64,000 nt of DNA from an uncultured Chloroflexia bacterium (lineage in GTDB: Bacteria; Chloroflexota; Chloroflexia; Thermomicrobiales; UBA6265). The stretch's first letter is position 1, and each line of letters begins with the position of its first letter. A model generated the notes under the pieces. It had not been told where the DNA came from, did not search any database, and was given only the letters and a program-made list of their open reading frames with translations. Location: positions 96,001 through 160,000 of the forward strand of contig CAVRUC010000001.1 in the NCBI GenBank assembly GCA_963724295.1, in the 5' to 3' direction. The position numbers and the translations under genes are program-made. Positions 56,350-64,000 of the stretch are shown here, one piece after another.

Positions 56350-57534
56350 GTGAGGATCGAACCGTTTCAGCTCGAGCGCTGGATGACGAAATACGAGCTC
56401 AACGTCAGGTGGGATATCGCCGAGAGCGGCATCTACCCCATGTCCTCTCGCGAGCTCCTCGACTTGCTGGCGCCTGAAGAACGTCAGAGCGAGCTGAACC
56501 GGCTGCTCGATCTGCGGCTGGGATACAGCGAAGCCTGCGGCAGCGCGGAGCTTCGCGGCCTGATCGCGGCCACCTATGAGAACACCTCGCCCGACGAAAT
56601 TCTCATTTCGACCGGCGCCATTGAAGCGAATTTCCTGCTCTTCAACGAGCTGCTTTCGGCAGGCGACCGGGTCGTGGCGGTCAGCCCGGCCTACCAGCAG
56701 CTCCACAGTGTGGCCAAAGCCATTGGCTGCGACGTGGCCCTCTGGACGCTGCGTGATGACGGAGGATTCCGCTTCGACCTTGACGATCTGCGAGCGCTTG
56801 CGACGCCCGGGACGCGGATGATCGTGGTCAACAGCCCGCACAATCCCACCGGAGCGATGCTCACTGAGGAGCAGCTGAGGGAGATCTATGCGTTGGCGGA
56901 GGAGCTCGACGCTTGGGTGCTGAGTGACGAAGCCTACCGCTGGCTCGATCTCCCAGGCAGTCCACCGCTCGCCCCGCCGATGCGAAACCTCGGGCCGTGG
57001 GCGATCAGCACTGGCACGTTTTCGAAGCCGTTTGGCCTGCCCGGGTTGCGGATCGGCTGGATCGCCGCGCCGGAAGACGTGGTGCGGCGCTGCTGGGGGC
57101 TGCGCGACTACATCAGCCTCAGCCCCGGAAAGCTGAACGACGCCTTAGCGGTCCTCGCCTTCCGCCATCGCGACCAGATCGTGGAACGCACCCGGCAGAT
57201 CGTCGCCGAGAATCTCCCGTTTGCTGCACGCTGGTTCGCGGAGAACGAAGATCTCGTCTCCTGGACACCACCTCGAGGTGGCATCCTGGCATTGATGAAG
57301 TACCAGCTCGATCTGCCGTCATTGCAGCTTGCCAACCGTCTGGCCGAGGACTACAGCGTGATGTTGGCGCCGGGCTCGGCATTCGGCTACGAGGGGTACC
57401 TGCGCATCGGCGTTGGCAACAACCCGGACATCTTCGCGGAAGGACTCCGCCAGACGGCACGCTGCCTGCGGGATTTGGCCAACTCCGGAGATCGTCCCAC
57501 CACGAATCAGGTGCTGTCGGCAGCAACAGCCTGA
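56350..57534 (+). CDS. Class I/II PLP-dependent aminotransferase
   Basis: NSPHNPTG, SDEAY, SKPFGLPGLRIGW. Confidence 0.9.
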   Translation: MRIEPFQLERWMTKYELNVRWDIAESGIYPMSSRELLDLLAPEERQSELNRLLDLRLGYSEACGSAELRGLIAATYENTSPDEILISTGAIEANFLLFNELLSAGDRVVAVSPAYQQLHSVAKAIGCDVALWTLRDDGGFRFDLDDLRALATPGTRMIVVNSPHNPTGAMLTEEQLREIYALAEELDAWVLSDEAYRWLDLPGSPPLAPPMRNLGPWAISTGTFSKPFGLPGLRIGWIAAPEDVVRRCWGLRDYISLSPGKLNDALAVLAFRHRDQIVERTRQIVAENLPFAARWFAENEDLVSWTPPRGGILALMKYQLDLPSLQLANRLAEDYSVMLAPGSAFGYEGYLRIGVGNNPDIFAEGLRQTARCLRDLANSGDRPTTNQVLSAATA

Positions 57535-57554
57535 TCGATTTTCACCAGAACGCG

Positions 57555-57587
57555 AGCGGGGCCGCCGGAGTTTCCAGCGGCCCCGCT
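57555..57587. terminator. Hairpin between convergent genes
   Basis: agcggggccgc-cggagtttcca-gcggccccgct. Confidence 0.6.
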
Positions 57588-57606
57588 TCCTTGTGACTGC
57601 TGTGAA

Positions 57607-58465
57607 TTACATCGACGCGGCAGCCCGAGTGAGCGCCCGACCGGTCAGCACGCCTACGAGGTGTCGCCGGTACTCCTCGGACGCGAAATAGTCGCCGTTG
57701 ATCTCCAGCCCATCCCCGGCCACCGCCGCCGCGGCCGCGATCGAATCGGCGTCGAGACTCTTTCCGACCACGGCCTGTTCAGCATTCGCGGCACGTGTCG
57801 CTTTGCTCGTCGCCCCGGTGACGGCGATCCGCGCCCAGTCGACTGTTCCACCGGAGCCGGTGCCCACGACGGCCGCCACACCGACCACCGCGTAACCCGA
57901 AGCCGGGTGACGAAATTTCTCGTACGCCATGCCAGTGCCCGCGGCCGGAGCCTGGAACGAGACCGAGGTGATGATCTCGTCCGGCTCCAACGCCGTCGTG
58001 AACAAATCGACGAACAGCTCGTCGGCCGACGATCGTGCGCGAGCCTTGCGCGCCGGTGACCTCTACGGTGCCGTTCAGCGCCAGGAAGATGGCGGTGAAA
58101 TCGGCGGCCGGATCAGAGTGCGCCAGCGCCCCGCCGAGTGTGCCCCGCGCCTGCACGGCCGGGTCGCCCACGTTATCGGCCGCCTCGGTCACCATCGGTA
58201 GCACGCGGCTCAGCTCGCGCGAGTCGCGCAGCATTGCGTAGGTCGTCATCGCCCCGATGGTGATCTTCCCTGACGCGTCGATGCCGACGAGTCCGGCGAT
58301 GCCACCGAGATCGACCAGCGACGATGGTGATGCGAGGCGCAGCTTCATCGCGGGCAGTAGCGAGTGCCCACCGGCCAGCAGCTTGGCATCGGGATCCGCC
58401 GCCAGGAGGCTGGCCGCCGCCTGTACGCTCTCCGGTCGGTGGTAGTCAAACTGGTTTGGGAACAC
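57607..58465 (-). CDS. Molybdenum hydroxylase FAD subunit (CoxM-like), +1 frameshift near 58030
   Basis: AGGHSLLPAMKLR and ARGTLGG in the first frame; ADELFVDLFTTALEPDEI...YRRHL in the second. Confidence 0.88.
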
Positions 58466-58524
58466 CGCGATCCCTCCGTCTTCCGTCTAACCGCGAATCG
58501 AGTTCAAAACGAACTGGCGCGCTT

Positions 58525-60918
58525 CTACGCCGATGCGTCCTGCGCGTGCATGGCGCGCCAGACGCGCTCCGGTGTGTACGGCATGTCCAGGTGTTTCACT
58601 CCCAGGTGGGAGAGCGCATCGACGACGGCGTTGGATACCGCCGGGGTGGAGCCGATCGTGCCCGCTTCACCCGCCCCCTTGGCGCCCATCGGGTTGACAG
58701 TCGTGGTCGTCACCGTCCGGTCGAGCTCATAGGTAGGCAGCATGCTCGCCTTCGGGATCGCGTAGTCGTTCATCGTCGCCGTGATCAACTCGCCATTCTC
58801 CGCGTAGACCGCGCCTTCGTACAGGGCCTGGGCGATCCCCTGGGCGATGCCGCCGTGGAGCTGGCCGTCGACGATCATCGGATTGATGACGTTGCCGACG
58901 TCGTCGACCGCGACGTACTTGACGATCTCGACCTGGCCCGTATCGCGATCGACCTCGACGACGCAAACGTGCGTCCCGAACGGAAATGTGCAGTTCGGCG
59001 GATCGTAGTAGGTCACCGCCTCCAACGCGGGCTCCATCCCCGGTGGCAGGTCGTAGGCGATGTGCGCCTGGAGCGCGATGTCCTGGATCGTCTTGACCGC
59101 ATCCGGCGATCCCTTCACCCAGGCCTTGCCGTTCTCGTAGACGATATCCTCCGGCGCCGCCTCGAGCATATGCGCCGCCAGCAGCTTGGCCTTTTCGACG
59201 ACCTTCTGCACGCTCTTGAAGATCGCGGTGCCGCCGACGGCCAGCGAGCGGCTGCCATAAGAGCCAAAACCGAAGGGTGTGCCCCTGGTGTCGGAGTGCT
59301 CGATCTCGACGTCTTCGTACGGGACTCCCAGCTCGTCAGCAACGAGCTGGGCGAACGTCGTCTCGTGCCCCTGTCCGTGGGGCAGCGAGCCCGTCGTGAC
59401 CGAGACTTTGCCGGTGAGATAGACCCGGACCTGCGCACTCTCCCAGAGGCCCGCACCCCAACCCTCTCCACTCAATCCGATCCACTTCGAGGGCGCAACG
59501 CCACAGACCTCGACATAGGACGAAAGTCCGATTCCGAGGAGCCTATTCGAGCCGTTGGCGCGCCGTGTCGCCTGCTCCTCACGAAGGCTCGCGTAACCGA
59601 CCTGCTGCAGGGCTTTATCGAGCGCCGGGGCGTAGTTGCCACTGTCATAGGGCAACATGCCGATCCCCGTGTCGTAGGGGAAATCTTCGGGTTGAATGAA
59701 GTTGCGGCGCCGCACCTCCACTGGATCGATCCCGGTGGCGTCCGCAACGAGGTCGCAGGTGCGCTCGATGACGAACGTCGCCTCGGGTCGCCCGGCGCCA
59801 CGATAGGCATCGACCATGGCCGTGTTGGTGTAAACCCCTTTGACATCAACGTGGATATTCGGGATCTTGTAGCAGCCAGCCACCATCCGCCCGTAGAGCG
59901 TGGTCGGGATGCCGGGTGCGATCGTCGACAGGTAAGCGCCAAGGTTCGCCAACGTTGAAACCTTGAGCGCCGTGATCTTGCCATCGTTCGTAGCGCCGAC
60001 CTCGATGTCCGTGTGATGGTCGCGACCGTGCGTGGTGTGCAGGTAGTTCTCGGTGCGATCTTCGAAGAACTTCACGGGGCGTCCCAGCTGCTTCGATAGC
60101 CACAGCATCAGCGGCATGTCGAAGTACATGAAGATCTTGGATCCGAACCCTCCACCGACGTCAGGTGAGATAAATCGCACCTTCTGCTCGGGAACGCCAA
60201 GGATGAAAGCGGCCACGAGCAGCTTCATGACATGCGGCGCTTGGGAGGTAGCCCACATGGTGTATTCGTCGGTGGCCGGGTCGTAATATCCGATCGAGCC
60301 GCGCGGTTCGATCGCGGTCGGAATCAGCCGCTGGTTGTAGAGGCTCTGGCTGACCCGCACCTCGGCCTCGGCCAGAGCGCGGTCGACCGTCTCGGCATCC
60401 GTCCCACAGGTCCAGTGCATGACGATGTTGTTCGGTGCGTTCTCATGGAGCTGTGGCGCGCCCGGCTTGACCGCCTCTCGCGAGTCGACGACCGCCGGCA
60501 GCTCGTCGAAGTCGACCTCGATCGCCTCCAGGGCATCATTGGCCTGGTAGACGCTTTCGGCGACGACCACCGCAACCGGGTCGCCCACCTGACGCACCTC
60601 GCCCAGCGCGAGCAGCCGCGGGGTGGCGACGTTGTTGTCGACCCCGGCTGCCTGCCAGGCGCAGGGAAGCGGGTTCACCTCGGCGAGATCCTCACCCGTG
60701 AACACCCCGATGACGCCCGGCATGGACTTCGCTCGGCTCGTATCGATGGCGCGAATCCTCGCGTGGGCTACCGGAGAGCGCAGCACCGCCGCATAGCACA
60801 TTCCCGGCAACCGGATATCGTCGAGAAAGCTCCCGCCACCTGTCATCAGTTTCGGATCTTCTCGCCGCCGGATCGGTTTGCCGACGAGCTTCTCGGGCGC
60901 CTCGATGGTTGCTGCCAT
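58525..60918 (-). CDS. Molybdopterin-binding large subunit, xanthine dehydrogenase/form II CoxL-like
   Basis: GGGFGSK, active-site AYRGAGR, GQGHET, GSYGSRS, KGAGEAG. Confidence 0.93.
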   Translation of the reverse strand: MAATIEAPEKLVGKPIRRREDPKLMTGGGSFLDDIRLPGMCYAAVLRSPVAHARIRAIDTSRAKSMPGVIGVFTGEDLAEVNPLPCAWQAAGVDNNVATPRLLALGEVRQVGDPVAVVVAESVYQANDALEAIEVDFDELPAVVDSREAVKPGAPQLHENAPNNIVMHWTCGTDAETVDRALAEAEVRVSQSLYNQRLIPTAIEPRGSIGYYDPATDEYTMWATSQAPHVMKLLVAAFILGVPEQKVRFISPDVGGGFGSKIFMYFDMPLMLWLSKQLGRPVKFFEDRTENYLHTTHGRDHHTDIEVGATNDGKITALKVSTLANLGAYLSTIAPGIPTTLYGRMVAGCYKIPNIHVDVKGVYTNTAMVDAYRGAGRPEATFVIERTCDLVADATGIDPVEVRRRNFIQPEDFPYDTGIGMLPYDSGNYAPALDKALQQVGYASLREEQATRRANGSNRLLGIGLSSYVEVCGVAPSKWIGLSGEGWGAGLWESAQVRVYLTGKVSVTTGSLPHGQGHETTFAQLVADELGVPYEDVEIEHSDTRGTPFGFGSYGSRSLAVGGTAIFKSVQKVVEKAKLLAAHMLEAAPEDIVYENGKAWVKGSPDAVKTIQDIALQAHIAYDLPPGMEPALEAVTYYDPPNCTFPFGTHVCVVEVDRDTGQVEIVKYVAVDDVGNVINPMIVDGQLHGGIAQGIAQALYEGAVYAENGELITATMNDYAIPKASMLPTYELDRTVTTTTVNPMGAKGAGEAGTIGSTPAVSNAVVDALSHLGVKHLDMPYTPERVWRAMHAQDASA

Positions 60919-60933
60919 GTCACGTCCCTCCGG

Positions 60934-61545
60934 CTACTGCTGCTCCTGCCCAGCGAGCTGATCGCCCCAATCCTGGAGATTCTCCGGGGCGTGCTCGATA
61001 ACGTCCTCATGCTGGAAATCAAGGTCCGTTCCCGGACCCGCCTCGACCGCGCCCCCGCCGCGCTGCTTCGCCGCGTACTGGACCGCTTTGACGATGTTCT
61101 GATACCCAGTGCAGCGGCAGAGGTTGCCCTCCAGGGCGTGACGGATCTCGGCTTCTGAAGGATTCGGGTTGCGGTCGAGGAACGCGTTGGCGGTCATGAT
61201 CATGCCAGGGGTGCAGTAGCCGCATTGCAGCCCGTGCATCTCCCAGAAGCCCATCTGGACCTCGTCGTACTCGCCGTCCTTGGAAATCCCTTCGATGGTG
61301 GTCAGTTCGGCGCCGTCGGCCTGGACCGTCAACAGCGTGCAACTCTTGACCGGCTCGCCATTGAAGTGGATCACACAGGCGCCACACTGGCTGGTATCGC
61401 AGCCGACGTGCGTTCCTGTGAGACCCAGGTTGTCGCGCAGGAAGCTGACGAGCAGTAATCGCGGCTCGACTTCGGCCGCGTATTCAACGCCATTGACCGT
61501 CATCCGGACCGCGACCCTGCTGGGCGCGGTAATGGTCGTTGCCAT
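60934..61545 (-). CDS. 2Fe-2S small subunit (CoxS-like)
   Basis: [26 protein letters not shown]. Confidence 0.93.
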   Translation of the reverse strand: MATTITAPSRVAVRMTVNGVEYAAEVEPRLLLVSFLRDNLGLTGTHVGCDTSQCGACVIHFNGEPVKSCTLLTVQADGAELTTIEGISKDGEYDEVQMGFWEMHGLQCGYCTPGMIMTANAFLDRNPNPSEAEIRHALEGNLCRCTGYQNIVKAVQYAAKQRGGGAVEAGPGTDLDFQHEDVIEHAPENLQDWGDQLAGQEQQ

Positions 61546-61729
61546 GGTCTCTGCACTCCTCCGCTCACTTGCCGCCGTGGCACCGGCCGCGGCGGAACGA
61601 ACCCGATCGGCAGCTTCTACCGTGTGCGGCCGACTGCCAACCCTACCGGTCCGAAGACTGACCGCATGTGGTTGCCAAGAGCAACGCGTGCGCCGAGAAC
61701 CGGCGCCGCGCATCAACTCGAGCAGACAC

Positions 61730-61772
61730 CCCACCTCAGGTGGGATTGGCAGATCACGTGGGCGCGAGTATA
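61730..61772 (-). promoter_or_regulatory. Putative -10 (TATACT) and palindromic operator upstream of the coxSLM-like operon
   Basis: TATACT on the minus strand at 61772-61767; cccacct-c-aggtggg at 61730-61744. Confidence 0.35.
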
Positions 61773-61784
61773 CCGCCGACGGGC

Positions 61785-61942
61785 GTGATGGGGGATAGGG
61801 TGATGGGGTGATGGGGTGATCGGGGTCATAGGGGATAGGGAGAACGAGAACTCGTCTCCTATCACCCCATCACCGTGAGCGCAGCGACACACATCACCGC
61901 GAGCGCAGCGAGCAATCACCGCGAGCGAAGCGAGTAATCACC
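61785..61942. repeat. Composite repeat: (tgatgggg)n, an inverted copy, and three 22-24-nt units
   Basis: ggtgatggggtgat (61799-61812) vs atcaccccatcacc (61861-61874); atcaccgYgagcgMagcga at 61869, 61893 and 61915. Confidence 0.8.
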
Positions 61943-62963
61943 CACGTGCACCGGCCAGGCGGTGACCGTATTGCCGGTCGTAGAACTCCTGGAACCTCGG
62001 GTCGCGCTGTCGGATCGCCTGCCACCATCCCGGATTGGCCACATACCAGTCGATGGTGTCATGCAGCGTCTGTTGCCAGTCCCGACGCGGTTCCCAACCC
62101 AGCTCCTGGGTGATGCGGGTCGTGTCGAGGGCGTAGCGACGATCGTGACCCGGCCGGTCCTCGACATGGCGAATGAGTGACCGGGGTTTGCCAAGCCGGT
62201 CGAGGATGGCGTGCACGACGACAAGGTTCTCGCGCTCGTTGTCGGCAGCCACGTTGTACGCCCGTCCACTGGCGCCCCGTCGCAGCACGAGATCGATCGC
62301 CGCCGCGTGATCTTCCGCGTGGAGCCAGTTGCGGATCTGCCGCCCGTCACCATAGACCGGCAATGGCAGGTCCTGGAGGGCATTGGTGACGAAGAGCGGG
62401 ACCAGCTTTTCCGGGTACTGGCGGGGGCCGATCGTATTGGCGCCGCGGGTGATGACAACGTCCGTTCCGTATGAGACGGCGTAGGCCTGGCACATCAACT
62501 CTCCGCCCGCCTTGGCAGCCGAATAGGGAGATCGCGGCTGCAACGGAGAGTCTTCCGTTGCCGCCTGCCCGGCGGGAACATGGCCATAGACCTCATCGGT
62601 GCTCACCTGGAGCAGTCGTAGACCATTGGTCCGGGCCGCTTCCAGGAGGGTCATCACGCCGATCACGTTCGCCCGGGCGAATGCCCCGGGGTCGAGCAGT
62701 GAGCGATCGACATGCGACTCGGCGGCGAAGTTGACGATGGCATCGACATCCGCGGCAACCTGCCTGACGAGATCGGCGTCGGCGATGTCGCCCTGAACGA
62801 AGCGGAACCTGGGGTCGTTCCGCACCTCATCCAGATTCGCCATATTCCCGGCATAGGTCAGGAGGTCGAGACCAAGCACCTCATCGTCGGGGTGCTCGTG
62901 AAGCACGTGCCGCACGTAGGCGGAACCGATGAAACCGGCGGCGCCGGTAACCAGAATGCGCAC
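61938..62963 (-). CDS. rfbB: dTDP-glucose 4,6-dehydratase
   Basis: TGAAGFIG, LTYAGN, AAESHVDRS, STDEVYG, PYSAAK, DRPGHDRRY. Confidence 0.95.
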   Translation of the reverse strand: MRILVTGAAGFIGSAYVRHVLHEHPDDEVLGLDLLTYAGNMANLDEVRNDPRFRFVQGDIADADLVRQVAADVDAIVNFAAESHVDRSLLDPGAFARANVIGVMTLLEAARTNGLRLLQVSTDEVYGHVPAGQAATEDSPLQPRSPYSAAKAGGELMCQAYAVSYGTDVVITRGANTIGPRQYPEKLVPLFVTNALQDLPLPVYGDGRQIRNWLHAEDHAAAIDLVLRRGASGRAYNVAADNERENLVVVHAILDRLGKPRSLIRHVEDRPGHDRRYALDTTRITQELGWEPRRDWQQTLHDTIDWYVANPGWWQAIRQRDPRFQEFYDRQYGHRLAGARG

Positions 62964-62965
62964 CG

Positions 62966-63946
62966 CTACAGCCCTCCACCTACACTCGCCCGTTCGCGCT
63001 CGGTCTGAAGCTCGGTCGCGAGAACCGGGACATACTCGCTTGCGGCCTCGCGCCAGTCCCGGAGCGTAATCCCCAACGCGGCCGCGCGCAGATTGCGCAG
63101 CGTACTGTCGGCCGGGCGGCGCGCCGGCAGCGGAAACCGTTCCAGAAACGCCTCGGTCGAGATCGGCCGCACCTGCTCCGGATCGAACCCGGCAGTTCTG
63201 GCCGTCTCCCGCGCCAGGGTGTACCGGCTGGCCCGCCCTTCGTTGACCAGATGAAAGATGCCCTCTCCGCGGCGAATGGCAAGCTGGACGAGTGCCTCCG
63301 CCAGGTCACCGGCGTAGGTTGGGCTGCCGAATTCGTCGTCGACGACCTCTATCCCGCCCCGGTCTCGCAGAACGGTGAGGACCGTGCGCGGAAAGTGCTT
63401 GCCCGCTCCTCCGTAGAGCCAGGCCGTACGGGCCACGGCAAACCCCGCATCCGCGTCCAGCACCGCATGCTCTGCCTTCAGCTTGGATCGACCATACGCC
63501 GAGATCGGCATCGTCGGAGCCTCCTCGGCATACGGCGCCCCACCGTCTCCCGGGAAGACCATGTCGGTGCTGACGGCGATCACGTAGGCCCCGGCGTCTT
63601 TCGCGGCGTCCGCGACGTTTCGCGTGGCCTGCGCGTTGGAGAGCTCGCCGCGCCGCGGTTCCCGCTCGATGCCATCAACGTCGGTGCAGGCAGCGGCGTG
63701 AATGACGACATCAGGCTCTACAGCCCGTAAGGCACGACTCGCGGCTTCGCGTTCAGCCAGGTCGACCGCGACGTCGATATCGGCGCCAGGACGGGAACCG
63801 AAGGCGATGACTGTCGCCCCCGAACGCCGTAGCGCAGGGACGAGGAAGCGGCCAAGCTGACCGGCGGCTCCGGTGACGACCACCCGCTGACCGGCCAGCC
63901 GGCGCCCTCTCGACCCCTCGACTCCTCGACTCCCCGACTCGCGCAC
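62966..63946 (-). CDS. rfbD: dTDP-4-dehydrorhamnose reductase
   Basis: TGAAGQLG, STDMVF, YGRSKL, GSPT. Start uncertain (GTG at 63946 or later). Confidence 0.92.
   Translation of the reverse strand: MRESGSRGVEGSRGRRLAGQRVVVTGAAGQLGRFLVPALRRSGATVIAFGSRPGADIDVAVDLAEREAASRALRAVEPDVVIHAAACTDVDGIEREPRRGELSNAQATRNVADAAKDAGAYVIAVSTDMVFPGDGGAPYAEEAPTMPISAYGRSKLKAEHAVLDADAGFAVARTAWLYGGAGKHFPRTVLTVLRDRGGIEVVDDEFGSPTYAGDLAEALVQLAIRRGEGIFHLVNEGRASRYTLARETARTAGFDPEQVRPISTEAFLERFPLPARRPADSTLRNLRAAALGITLRDWREAASEYVPVLATELQTERERASVGGGL
63909..63940. repeat. Four tandem 8-mers (ctcgactc-like)
   Basis: ctcgaccc ctcgactc ctcgactc cccgactc. Confidence 0.7.
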
Positions 63947-63947
63947 G

Positions 63948-64000
63948 TCAGACGACGTCGACACGCGAATGGTCGCCGAGCAGCAGGCGAATCGCCTGTG
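63948..64000 (-). CDS. C-terminal end of a probable glucose-1-phosphate thymidylyltransferase (long form), partial
   Basis: Minus strand reads QAIRLLLGDHSRVDVV*, directly upstream of rfbD-rfbB. Confidence 0.6.
   Translation of the reverse strand, partial: QAIRLLLGDHSRVDVV

Noticed and set aside
58324..59958. Long plus-strand ORF (544 aa) and similar long ORFs (8804..10129, 16884..18146, 27199..28458)
   Set aside because: Antisense shadows of well-supported genes, expected in high-GC DNA.
58525..60918. True aerobic CO dehydrogenase (form I)
   Set aside because: Active-site motif is AYRGAGR, not AYxCSFR.
61869..61942. CRISPR array
   Set aside because: Only three units with 3-5-nt spacers and no cas genes.
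1..64000. tRNA, rRNA, prophage, transposase or integrase
   Set aside because: None recognised by eye; a covariance-model and HMM scan would be needed to exclude small RNAs.

Overview
GC-rich bacterial chromosomal segment. It is most consistent with a Chloroflexota (Thermomicrobiales-like) genome, inferred from the 'MDxxRFDxxxR...SRR' Tat Cys-rich protein, the CAP-SH3 protein and the long HisI variant. About 60 CDSs, mostly housekeeping and metabolic: lpdA, nadE, ppk1, ftsH, rsgA, split lipoate ligase, usp-trkA-trkA-coaX, a his operon (hisG-hisC-hisB-hisH-hisA-hisF-hisI, with no hisD and no separate hisE), pckA, two molybdenum-hydroxylase (CoxSLM-like) clusters, and rfbA/rfbD/rfbB at the right edge. 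I recognised no rRNA, tRNA, CRISPR array, transposase or integrase. At least seven genes carry +1 frameshifts, which look like sequencing artefacts. Best leads: (1) a PD-(D/E)XK-like nuclease fused to a catalytically degenerate HPRT-fold domain, next to a stand-alone VirB11-like ATPase; (2) a MauE membrane domain fused to three CxxC thioredoxin domains, plus a Tat-exported protein with six 10-Cys repeats; (3) a HisI with an altered metal motif and an unexplained HisE-like C-terminal domain; (4) several intergenic elements built from 8-nt tandem repeats, usually with an inverted copy. All functional calls come from motif recognition by eye; no database search was run.
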